Assembly: GCA_964544335.1 (NCBI GenBank)
Contig: CAZJAJ010000002.1
Location: forward strand, 78,109 to 142,108
Reading direction: 5' to 3'
From: an uncultured Methanosarcinales archaeon
GTDB lineage: Archaea > Nanobdellota > Nanobdellia > Woesearchaeales > JABIAG01
Length of the DNA: 64,000 bases
Part shown: one piece after another, positions 50,683 to 59,117 of the stretch
Layout of the letters: every line of letters starts with the position of its first letter
Numbering within the stretch: the first letter of the stretch is position 1
The notes under the pieces: generated by a model
The model's input: the letters and a program-made list of their open reading frames with translations, nothing else
Database searches by the model: none
Told to the model about the DNA's origin: nothing
Program-made: the position numbers and the translations under genes

Positions 50683-50816
50683 ATTGCCTTAATTTTAGTA
50701 GGTTGTGATCGTGGTTTGTATACCATCTTTGAACCACAGTATGGGCATCGAACTTTCTTTCTTAAGAATTCTTCTCCAACTTTTTTAGCACAATCAAAGC
50801 ATTTGTAATGTACCAT
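50679..50816 (-). CDS. rpoP: RNA polymerase subunit P (Rpo12), missing from the ORF track
   Basis: Own translation: MVHYKCFDCAKKVGEEFLRKKVRCPYCGSKMVYKPRSQPTKIKAI. Confidence 0.9.
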   Translation of the reverse strand: MVHYKCFDCAKKVGEEFLRKKVRCPYCGSKMVYKPRSQPTKIKAI

Positions 50817-51049
50817 TATTGTGCCTCCTTATGTTTGAAGCCATTACCAATGGTGTATGCTTTACCGGTGAATTTTTTATCACACTTGCTACATTCCCAT
50901 ATACCTGCTGCAACACGTTTAACACCGTCATATCTACAGTGTGGACACTGTTGCTTTGCATTCTTTAGTAAAAGAATCTTACTTAGGTTCTGTCGTACTT
51001 TTCTACCGTACCTAGGACCCAGTCCTCGAGTATTTTTCCTCTTAATCAT
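50816..51049 (-). CDS. rpl37ae: 50S ribosomal protein L37Ae (eL43)
   Basis: GPRYG, CPHC, VKRVAAGIWECSKC, GKAY. Confidence 0.95.
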   Translation of the reverse strand: MIKRKNTRGLGPRYGRKVRQNLSKILLLKNAKQQCPHCRYDGVKRVAAGIWECSKCDKKFTGKAYTIGNGFKHKEAQ

Positions 51050-51072
51050 TTATGCTGCCTCCATGAATATGA

Positions 51073-51200
51073 TGGGACCGCCCAGACTTTCGAGATAGCT
51101 TTACTATCATTCGAACTGGGGTCCCCTGGTCTTTTGAATAAAAGCGTAATATCTTTTATTTCCCAAACCAGAGAGGATAACCAAGCTACCCCACGGCCCC
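51073..51200 (-). tRNA. tRNA-Pro(TGG) with two introns (37/38, 31 nt; T-loop, 23 nt)
   Basis: GGGGCCG/CGGTCCC-A acceptor; intron 51131-51161 forms a strict BHB; intron 51087-51109 follows TTCGAA. Confidence 0.92.
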
Positions 51201-51338
51201 ATGCCGTAGGCTTCAGGAAAGATAGTCGCTTTTTAAAGGTTACTAAAGCTACAGAGAATAAAACAGTTAAGAAAAAGAAGTGATTGGTCCGTCACACGCT
51301 CTGGGTTGGGGGGATAGAAACGGTCTGACGGACACAAT

Positions 51339-51749
51339 CTACTCATGAAAGTTACTTTTTGGCGGGGCCCTAAATTCCTTAATCCACTTAAGGCCGATGC
51401 GAGTCATTTCTTTGTTGAAATCTTCGCTGAGTTTGTATGTTTTTTTGTACATATCGTAGCTGATGAGTCCCATGCTACGACACGGTGTGAGTATCCTATC
51501 GTAAAATTGGCGTTTGTTATAGGATATTTTGATTTTTTTTCCTCGGTATTTGGGGGTAGGGATGGATACGATGAGATTCCCATCTTGCAGGGAATTGGCA
51601 AACAAAGACATCTCCGTCTTGCCGATCTCGCCGTTGTTAGCTTTGATGTGATCGATGAGTAGCCGAGCTACTATCGCTTGCTGCTCTGTTGCAAAGAGCA
51701 ATTCATACATGTCCTCAGGCAAATTGTACCTGTCGAACAACATCACCAT
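51339..51749 (-). CDS. Conserved archaeal hypothetical protein (possible winged helix)
   Basis: 136 aa; SYNKRQFYDRILTP...GLISYD. Confidence 0.7.
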   Translation of the reverse strand: MVMLFDRYNLPEDMYELLFATEQQAIVARLLIDHIKANNGEIGKTEMSLFANSLQDGNLIVSIPTPKYRGKKIKISYNKRQFYDRILTPCRSMGLISYDMYKKTYKLSEDFNKEMTRIGLKWIKEFRAPPKSNFHE

Positions 51750-51874
51750 GTAATGTGTGGTAAAGCACTCAAGTATATAAATGTTTCGCTTAGTGTGGAA
51801 ATTTCAACACTAGTTTCCACATGAAATGAAGGAGTATAGTAATTACACCATTAATGTCCAAACCTGTTTGTCGT

Positions 51875-53710
51875 CTATAAACGACCAAAGAACTCTCTAA
51901 TGCGCACAGAATAGTCAAGTGCAACCTCTGGCTGAGAAATCACTTTTCGATAATTTTCCCACAAATATCGCTTATCAAGGTATACAATAACACCTTTATC
52001 CGTTTCAGATCGGATACATCGTCCAGCATTCTGCATTACCGTCGACAACGCAGGCATCACATACCCATAATCCCACCCTTTCCGATACTTACGATCATAA
52101 TAATTAATCACAGACTGTGTTTCAAGATCAGGTTTTCCAAGAGGAAGTCCCACTACTACAACACACTTGAGTAAATCGCCCGGTAAATCAACACCTTCAC
52201 CAAAACTTCCTGTTGCAACGCCCATGAGCACAGCTCCAGAATCTTTGTAAGCCTTAAAATTCTCAAGGAGTTCTTGTTTTTGCTCCTTACTCATCCCCGG
52301 AACTTCTGTAAACACCGTCTTCTCACAATCCGCACTCACATACGGGTATACGCTATCTCTTACCGCATAGGATGGAAAGAACACAGCCGTATTCCCAGGA
52401 ACGGCATGAGCAATATCTACAATAATAGATGCCATTTCCTTAAACATTGCAGGCGATCGTTCTGCATATTTTGTAGTGGTCTTTGGAACAACAAGACTCA
52501 TCCTATTCTCAGCAGGAAACGGGGATGGAAATTCAATTTGCCGACCTTTAATACCAAGTAAATCAGCAAACATGTTCACCGGACTAAGTGTGCCGCTCAT
52601 CACAATGGATGCATACGCCTCATCAAACACAGGTCCTGTAAGAATGGATGGATCAAGACAATTGTGATTAAGTTCAATTCGCTCCCCACGACCACCAACC
52701 ACGTGCCGCATAATATTCACAAATCCTTCCTTCTCGTTATAGATCTTCAAAAAATGTGCAATACTTCCAAGAAAACTCCTCTTCTTTAATTCACGAGTGC
52801 GATCTGCAGCATTTTCAAACTCTTCAATCATCTCATCTTTCTTGTGAAAAACAATCTCTCCTTTCTTCACAATCTTTTCTTCTTCAAGGCCAATACACTC
52901 AAGTAACTGTTCTTGCAGTTCATCAAGATAGGGAATCACATCATCATCCTCAAGTTCTTCAGCTTCTTTTCGTGCCTGCTTAATCAAATACGTACTCAGT
53001 GTAGAACTCAGCAGTTCTCGAATACGTCCAGGTAAATTGTGTGCTTCATCAACAATCACAATACACTTATCCAACTCTCGCTCAGTTTTCTGAAAAAAAG
53101 AATCCATCACAGACGGATTGAATATATAATAATAATCAGCAACAATCACTTTTGCCTTATTTGCAAGCATAAGAGACATCTCATACGGACACATCTCATA
53201 CTCATCACACGTACTAATCACTTCTTCAACTGCAAGTGGACTTCTCATCTGCAATTGAAACAATGCATCCTTTGCCTTTACTGTTGGCTCCAAACTTTTC
53301 TTTCTACAATTGGTATAATACTCACACGTCCCTTCCTCTCGAACCTTCTTACAATACTCACTAAATTCCCCTGAAGAAAGTAAATCAACACCGCCCTGAA
53401 GACACATATGTTTCTTTCCAATCATATCAACAACAGGAATCGTAAGACCAAACTGCTCCTTAATGGCCTTAAGGGTATCAATAGCAATCACGTGTTGTGT
53501 ATGTCGTGACGTAAGAAAAAAAACGGTAAGATCTTCTTCTTGTGCTTTCTTAAGTGCAGGACCAATAGACGCAATAGTTTTCCCAAGACCCGTTGGTGCA
53601 TGCACAATAAGACTAGATTTATCATTTACTGCTCGTTGCACTGCACTAATCAGATCATGCTGTACATTCCGAATCTCTGCAAACGGAAAAAGAACATCTT
53701 TCTTATCCAT
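51875..53710 (-). CDS. XPD/Rad3/DinG Fe-S DNA helicase
   Basis: APTGLGKT, Fe-S cysteines, DEAHN, SGTL, FFPSY, EGVD, QNAGRCIR. Confidence 0.93.
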   Translation of the reverse strand: MDKKDVLFPFAEIRNVQHDLISAVQRAVNDKSSLIVHAPTGLGKTIASIGPALKKAQEEDLTVFFLTSRHTQHVIAIDTLKAIKEQFGLTIPVVDMIGKKHMCLQGGVDLLSSGEFSEYCKKVREEGTCEYYTNCRKKSLEPTVKAKDALFQLQMRSPLAVEEVISTCDEYEMCPYEMSLMLANKAKVIVADYYYIFNPSVMDSFFQKTERELDKCIVIVDEAHNLPGRIRELLSSTLSTYLIKQARKEAEELEDDDVIPYLDELQEQLLECIGLEEEKIVKKGEIVFHKKDEMIEEFENAADRTRELKKRSFLGSIAHFLKIYNEKEGFVNIMRHVVGGRGERIELNHNCLDPSILTGPVFDEAYASIVMSGTLSPVNMFADLLGIKGRQIEFPSPFPAENRMSLVVPKTTTKYAERSPAMFKEMASIIVDIAHAVPGNTAVFFPSYAVRDSVYPYVSADCEKTVFTEVPGMSKEQKQELLENFKAYKDSGAVLMGVATGSFGEGVDLPGDLLKCVVVVGLPLGKPDLETQSVINYYDRKYRKGWDYGYVMPALSTVMQNAGRCIRSETDKGVIVYLDKRYLWENYRKVISQPEVALDYSVRIREFFGRL

Positions 53711-53982
53711 GTTATACACCCATCTAGATCGTTAATAAAGATTATGGGAAATTTTGCGTAGGATTTTCAACACTCATAAATGTACCATTCCAAACATTCT
53801 CAATTTTAGTTATTGAAAATCTCGTGAACGAGATTTGCATGGGAGATGATGAAGAACCTGCACTTGAGTGCGAGATTTTCAATTCAAAAATTTGCGTATG
53901 GGTGCAAAAAGCGTTAATGCATCGTCCTTCAGGTCGGTGATAGCTTTGAGTAGCAAATTTTTGTTATGTAAACCCGCTCGGA

Positions 53983-54384
53983 TTATTTCCGAATCATATC
54001 ATACACATACGACGCGAGCGTAATCCCAAACACTGAAGCAAGAATGCTCCAAACCGTAAGCATTACAGGAATTGCAAAAAAGAACTGCATAAGGAGCACT
54101 GGCAATGAAAATATAATACTCACCACAAGACCAATAGCAATAGCACTCTCCTGAAGATGTCTATTGAGCTCCACAATAAAGAACGTAAGCATGACCATCA
54201 CTAAAAAGAACACATAATTTGAAGCACCATTGGTTGCAACAAAGCTTCCAAGTGATTCATATGCGCCCTGAAGAATATACTCATGCACAATAATATTTGT
54301 CCCAAGCATAATCACAAATGCAGCAATAACTGCCACAACGCTTGTCCAAATACCCTGCCAATTGATGTTTCGCTTAATACGCAT
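53983..54384 (-). CDS. Four-TM membrane protein
   Basis: Hydrophobic 133-aa ORF with a TATA box upstream. Confidence 0.65.
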   Translation of the reverse strand: MRIKRNINWQGIWTSVVAVIAAFVIMLGTNIIVHEYILQGAYESLGSFVATNGASNYVFFLVMVMLTFFIVELNRHLQESAIAIGLVVSIIFSLPVLLMQFFFAIPVMLTVWSILASVFGITLASYVYDMIRK

Positions 54385-54445
54385 ACAAGAATAAATCCAA
54401 AAGGAGTATTTAAACTTTTATCTTATTTTAAGAAAGAATATTGGG

Positions 54446-54557
54446 CGCCAAGGGCGGGACTTTCGCGTCTTGGGGCTCGACATTCGAACCCGCATGAGAC
54501 TGCGTTAGCCTCACCAGGGCATCAACCTGGCGCATAACCAGATTCTGCCACCTTGGC
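54446..54557 (-). tRNA. Atypical class II tRNA: Ser-type body with GAT anticodon and 23-nt T-loop intron
   Basis: GCCAAGG/CCTTGGC-G acceptor; CCAGG-TTGATGC-CCTGG; TGAGGCT-AACGC-AGTCTCA V-arm; GCGGG-TTCGAA[54460-54482]T-CCCGC. Confidence 0.85.
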
Positions 54558-54597
54558 TCTACCCAAATGTTTATATATGTAAGAAACAATGCATGTA

Positions 54598-54640
54598 TAC
54601 TGCGTTAGTCTCTCCAGGCCATCAACCTGGTTTTTCTTTT
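54598..54640 (+). ncRNA. Predicted small antisense RNA complementary to the anticodon and variable arms of the tRNA at 54446-54557
   Basis: 54599-54630 repeats the tRNA arms (29/32 identical); TTTATATA at 54570-54577 starts 29 nt upstream; TTTTTCTTTT follows. Confidence 0.55.
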
Positions 54641-54742
54641 CATCTATTCTTCATAAATGATTCTCAGAATATTTCGGAAATTTTACGAAGAAATAGATAC
54701 AATTTTATACCTAATGCCCCACAAATTACTTGAGGTGATATC

Positions 54743-55144
54743 ATGTCAATAATAGCAATACTTGTTGCATCAATTGCATCAATGATAATTGGAATGTTCT
54801 GGTACTCACAAGCTGGCTTTGGTAAAAGTTGGATGAAAGAAACTGGAATGACCAAAAAGAAAATGAAAAAAATGGCAATAAGTCCTGTGCAAGCAATGAC
54901 GCTTGGGTTTCTTGCAACCGTATTAACAGCATACATTCTAGCAAAAGTCCTATTTATGACACCACTAACTGGTACCATGGGAGGACTACAGCTTGGATTT
55001 TGGATCTGGCTTGGTTTTGTTGCAACAACACAACTAGGTGTAGTACTTTGGGAAGGAAAAACAGTAAAACTCTTTACCATAAACACCTTCTACAGTTTAG
55101 TAAATCTACTCGTCATTGGTGCAATCATAGGCGCAATGGCATAG
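54743..55144 (+). CDS. DUF1761-like membrane protein
   Basis: IGMFWYS..FGKSWM, GFWIWLGF, LWEGK; GAGGTGA RBS. Confidence 0.8.
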   Translation: MSIIAILVASIASMIIGMFWYSQAGFGKSWMKETGMTKKKMKKMAISPVQAMTLGFLATVLTAYILAKVLFMTPLTGTMGGLQLGFWIWLGFVATTQLGVVLWEGKTVKLFTINTFYSLVNLLVIGAIIGAMA

Positions 55145-55267
55145 TTTTTTTTTCTTATTTTTCTTTCTTTATAATGTTCCAATATGTATATCCGTAACCC
55201 TTATAAATACACCACAACTCTCTAAAGTATATAATACAGACTATATGTATTGCAGGGGGGATTAACA

Positions 55268-55543
55268 GTGAAACAAGAACAAAGTAACATTTTCAACATT
55301 CTATTCAGAGAAAAACCAGCAATGATGCTCGTTGAACTCATGAACGCAAAAGGTGAACTCTACGCATCATCACTTGCAAAAAAAATCGATTGCACATATT
55401 CACACGTAGTAAAAGTACTACAAGAAATGGAAAAAGCAGGTCTGATCAATTTTGACAAACAAGGAAGATTAAAACTCCTTACATTAACAAAAACAGGATC
55501 AGATGTGGCAATGAACATCGAAAAAATCCGAAGCATGCTATAA
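55268..55543 (+). CDS. Winged-helix DNA-binding protein (MarR/ArsR-like)
   Basis: YASSLAKKIDCTYSHVVKVL, GLI, GR, LTKTG. Confidence 0.85.
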   Translation: MKQEQSNIFNILFREKPAMMLVELMNAKGELYASSLAKKIDCTYSHVVKVLQEMEKAGLINFDKQGRLKLLTLTKTGSDVAMNIEKIRSML

Positions 55544-55567
55544 GCATGTCTCTTTCTTTTTTACTAC

Positions 55568-56329
55568 TTATTCTTTAAGTCCTCTGCCAATTTTAAGCAA
55601 GTACACATTTACACAAAAGAACACAACCGTAAATACGCTCAGTACGCTAAGACCAACCCATACAGGTATTTCTGAAAAACCAAGAAACCCATGTCTAAAT
55701 CCAGATACCATGTACACAATAGGATTAAGCAAAGACACCTTCTGCCAAAATGCAGGCAGAAGATCAATGGAGTAAAACACTCCACCAAGATACGTCAGTG
55801 GTGTAAGTACGAAGGTTGGAACAATGGTGACATCATCAAACTTCTTTGCAAAAATACCATTTGTAAATCCTGCAAGTGAAAACATCACAGATGTTAAGAT
55901 AGCAAATGCAAATACAATAAGTATGTTACTCAAAATAAGTTTGGTAAACAATAAACTCACAATAGTTACAATAACACCAACAAGCAGTCCACGTGAAACA
56001 CCACCAAGCGCAAAACCAAGAAGTACTTGCCAATACGGCATAGGACTCACTAATAATTCTTCAATATTATTCTGAAACTTAGCACCAAAGAAACTACTGG
56101 ACACATTAGAGTATGAATTTGTTATAATGGCCATCATTACAAGACCAGGAACAATAAATGCGATATAGGAAACACCATGCAGATCATCAATCTGTGACCC
56201 AATAAACGTACCAAAGATCAAAAAGTACAATGACATCGTAATGGCAGGAGGAAGCAGCGTCTGCGACCAAATGCGCAAGAAACGTTGAATCTCTTTTCTC
56301 ACTAGTGTGTACAATCCTATAACATTCAT
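55568..56329 (-). CDS. ABC-2 transporter permease (YadH-like)
   Basis: RFLRIWSQTLLPP, YIAFIVPGL, PLTYLGGVFYS, NPIVYMV. Confidence 0.92.
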   Translation of the reverse strand: MNVIGLYTLVRKEIQRFLRIWSQTLLPPAITMSLYFLIFGTFIGSQIDDLHGVSYIAFIVPGLVMMAIITNSYSNVSSSFFGAKFQNNIEELLVSPMPYWQVLLGFALGGVSRGLLVGVIVTIVSLLFTKLILSNILIVFAFAILTSVMFSLAGFTNGIFAKKFDDVTIVPTFVLTPLTYLGGVFYSIDLLPAFWQKVSLLNPIVYMVSGFRHGFLGFSEIPVWVGLSVLSVFTVVFFCVNVYLLKIGRGLKE

Positions 56330-57222
56330 TTGGTCAACCTCACAAAAATTTCTTCAAGTCTATTATTCTTTGGTCCAATACTCAGCACAGTCACCTTTTG
56401 TTTCTTGAGTTCTTCAATAAGCTTCGTAACCGTATACCCTTTCTGCAAATTAACTTCAATTCGTCCATCAGCATATGTGGCAGAGCACTTGAGTTTTGCA
56501 GGATCTACATCTCCTTCAACATCAACAACATAGGTTTCTTCATCAAGTTTAGAGAGGAGTTCTTTCTTAGGCAAGTTCACCAGAATCTTTCCCTTATCAA
56601 TAATAGCAATATTATTACAAAGTAACTCTGCCTCTTCAAGATAGTGTGTAGTAAGTAAAATAGTAACGCCTTTTTTGTTAAGCTTTGTTAAAAAATCCCA
56701 CATTCCTCGTCGAAGTTCAACATCAACACCTGCAGTGGGCTCATCTAAAATCAAAATCTCAGGTTCATGAATAAGTGCTCGTGCAATCATAAGACGTCGC
56801 TTCATACCACCTGAAAGACTTCGTGAAACAGCATTTCTCTTCTCCCACAAACTCAGTTCTTTAAGGACTTTTTCAGCTCGCTCCAAAGCAACAGATCTTG
56901 GAACGCCATAATATCCTGCTTGCTGCACGACAATATCAATCACCTTCTCAAAAATATTAAAGTTAAACTCCTGTGGAACAATTCCCAGCTTACTCTTTGC
57001 AAGTTCTGTCTCAAGATCAGTATCATGACCCATTACAGTAATACGCCCACTCGTCTTAGTCACCAATTGTGTGAGCGCTCCAATAGTCGTACTCTTACCT
57101 GCACCATTAGGACCAAGCAAAGCAAAAAAGTCACCTTTCTTAATCGTAAGATCAATACCTTTGAGTGCTTCAACACCACCACGGTACACTTTCTTTAGCT
57201 GAGAAATCTCAATGGCATTCAT
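56326..57222 (-). CDS. ABC transporter ATP-binding protein (YadG-like)
   Basis: GPNGAGKST, LSGGMKRR, LDEPT, TTHYLEEA. Confidence 0.95.
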   Translation of the reverse strand: MNAIEISQLKKVYRGGVEALKGIDLTIKKGDFFALLGPNGAGKSTTIGALTQLVTKTSGRITVMGHDTDLETELAKSKLGIVPQEFNFNIFEKVIDIVVQQAGYYGVPRSVALERAEKVLKELSLWEKRNAVSRSLSGGMKRRLMIARALIHEPEILILDEPTAGVDVELRRGMWDFLTKLNKKGVTILLTTHYLEEAELLCNNIAIIDKGKILVNLPKKELLSKLDEETYVVDVEGDVDPAKLKCSATYADGRIEVNLQKGYTVTKLIEELKKQKVTVLSIGPKNNRLEEIFVRLTK

Positions 57223-57297
57223 ACGCTTTCAAAAATAATCGTTCATTAAAAAGGTTATGTTTAGAAGAAAAATAAAGTAAAAGAAAAAAGAATTGAT

Positions 57298-57753
57298 CTA
57301 TTCGATCAATAGTGCAATTCTTGATGGATCATATTTCCAATCTTGCGGAAGTCTTCCAGTCGTCCGGTAGTATTTTACCAGTCTCTTGGACTTACTTCGT
57401 GTCAAAATAAGACCTCGTTTTGCACCTTCATCTTTGTGATTCTTTTCAAGGTGATTTCTAAGGAAAATTTCCTTCTTTAGTAAAGCCATTAAGTCTTCTG
57501 GAATTTCAGGAAGTAACTCCTTTTCCTTAAGCACTTCAGTAATGGTTTTTCCAAGTACCGTTTTAATATCTGGAATACCGTAGTGGTCTCGAAGTTCAAG
57601 ACCAATCTGAGAAGCGCCTTTACCTTCTTTTGCAAATTTTACAATAAGAAGTTCAATTTCTTTTGGCTTATATTTCATCCAACTTTCTACTTTCATATCA
57701 AGGGGTTTGTAGCTTCGCGCTTTACCCTTGGTTCCTGTATGCATTCTACCCAT
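57298..57753 (-). CDS. rps15: 30S ribosomal protein S15 (uS15, archaeal type)
   Basis: MGRMH, SQIGLELRD, IPEDL, HLEKNHKD, RLVKYY. Confidence 0.95.
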   Translation of the reverse strand: MGRMHTGTKGKARSYKPLDMKVESWMKYKPKEIELLIVKFAKEGKGASQIGLELRDHYGIPDIKTVLGKTITEVLKEKELLPEIPEDLMALLKKEIFLRNHLEKNHKDEGAKRGLILTRSKSKRLVKYYRTTGRLPQDWKYDPSRIALLIE

Positions 57754-57918
57754 TTTTGTGTATGATTCAATCGAAGAATAAGTCTATGTGCTCATCCTCC
57801 AGCGTATGTAAGCCATAACCGACATACCTATCGAATACACTACAGAACCCAATATGTGTTTATAAAGCTTTCTTAGAAATCACAAGAAGAAAAAAAATAA
57901 AACAAAAAAACCTAAGGA

Positions 57919-58179
57919 TTAAAACTTAGGGTTTTTGGATGCTTTGAACTTCAGAACCTTCTTGGAAGGAATCTTAAGCTTAGCGCCTGTTTGTGGGTTA
58001 ACACCCATTCTAGCTTTGGTCTTAACAATTTTGAATGTACCAAATCCAACAAGACCAACATCGCCTTTCTTAACGCCTTTCATGATACCGCTCAGTACTG
58101 CGGTAAGTGCTCGTTCTGCATCTGCCTTACTACTGCCAGTTTCACCAGCAACAAATTCTACTAATTCTGCTTTATTCAT
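57919..58179 (-). CDS. hup: Bacterial-type DNA-binding protein HU
   Basis: MNKAELV, GFGTF, ARMGVNPQTG, IPSKKVLKFKAS. Confidence 0.93.
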   Translation of the reverse strand: MNKAELVEFVAGETGSSKADAERALTAVLSGIMKGVKKGDVGLVGFGTFKIVKTKARMGVNPQTGAKLKIPSKKVLKFKASKNPKF

Positions 58180-58284
58180 TTTGATCATATACCCCCGATA
58201 ACTCGTACTTTTCTCGTCGAACAACTCATATATAAATGTAGTGGTTAAGAATTTAGAAAACCCTGATGCAGTCAAGCAAGAAAC

Positions 58285-59037
58285 CTATTTCTCAAATTGT
58301 TTTCTGCCCTGATCTCGCTTCCCTGATTGCCACTCTTTGAGCACCGCTCGTGCAGCACGTTCTGTATCAACCTCGCCGCCTTTAATCAGATAGTGCTTTT
58401 GTCGTCCAACTGCTTCAAGAAACTCTTCAAAATCATCAAGCTCAATCCCATAGTGTTTTGCAACTTCATCACCATGTTCTTCAAGCAAATAAAACACTGC
58501 CGCTTCTGGATCTTTAATCTGCTCTGCACTCTTTGCACCAATCATTGCGTGCATATGATCATCTTTCTCTTTATACGGAATTACACCAGGAGAGTCAAGA
58601 ATCAAAAATTTCTTTGCTCGCACATGCTGCGTTCCTCTGGTATGACCTGCAACAGCAGAGGTAGAAGCTGAGCCTTTTCCCTTAAGCGCATTTGCAAGAC
58701 TACTCTTTCCCACATTAGGATATCCAAGCAGTCCCACTCGTGGAACATCATATTCAAGTTGAGAAGCAAGCGTATAAATTCGCTCTTTTAACATCTTAAT
58801 ACCATGATACTCTGTTGAGGAAACAAAAATAGCATACTTGAGTTTCTTTCGTTGCATTTCAAGGAATTCTTGATCAGACAAGTCACATTTATTGAGTGCA
58901 TAAATAAGAGGCTTGCCGCTCTTCTTTACCTTATCCTCAACTTCCTTATTTCGTGTCTCATCAATATGCCGAGCATCAAGCACCATCACAAGAATGTCTG
59001 CATCTTTAATGACCTTATTTACTGCTTTCCAAAACAT
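58285..59037 (-). CDS. Circularly permuted ribosome-biogenesis GTPase (YlqF/RbgA family)
   Basis: DAR, NKCD, GYPNVGKSS, DSPG order. Confidence 0.9.
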   Translation of the reverse strand: MFWKAVNKVIKDADILVMVLDARHIDETRNKEVEDKVKKSGKPLIYALNKCDLSDQEFLEMQRKKLKYAIFVSSTEYHGIKMLKERIYTLASQLEYDVPRVGLLGYPNVGKSSLANALKGKGSASTSAVAGHTRGTQHVRAKKFLILDSPGVIPYKEKDDHMHAMIGAKSAEQIKDPEAAVFYLLEEHGDEVAKHYGIELDDFEEFLEAVGRQKHYLIKGGEVDTERAARAVLKEWQSGKRDQGRKQFEK

Positions 59038-59117
59038 ATCACAAAAGAATCCTCTTGACTATAAAAGACTTAGCATCTATCGTTACATATATATAGCAGT
59101 AATTCAACAAAACACTT

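Noticed and set aside
54283..54537. 84-aa ORF in the track
   Set aside because: It is antisense to the tRNA and a membrane protein gene, so it is a shadow ORF.
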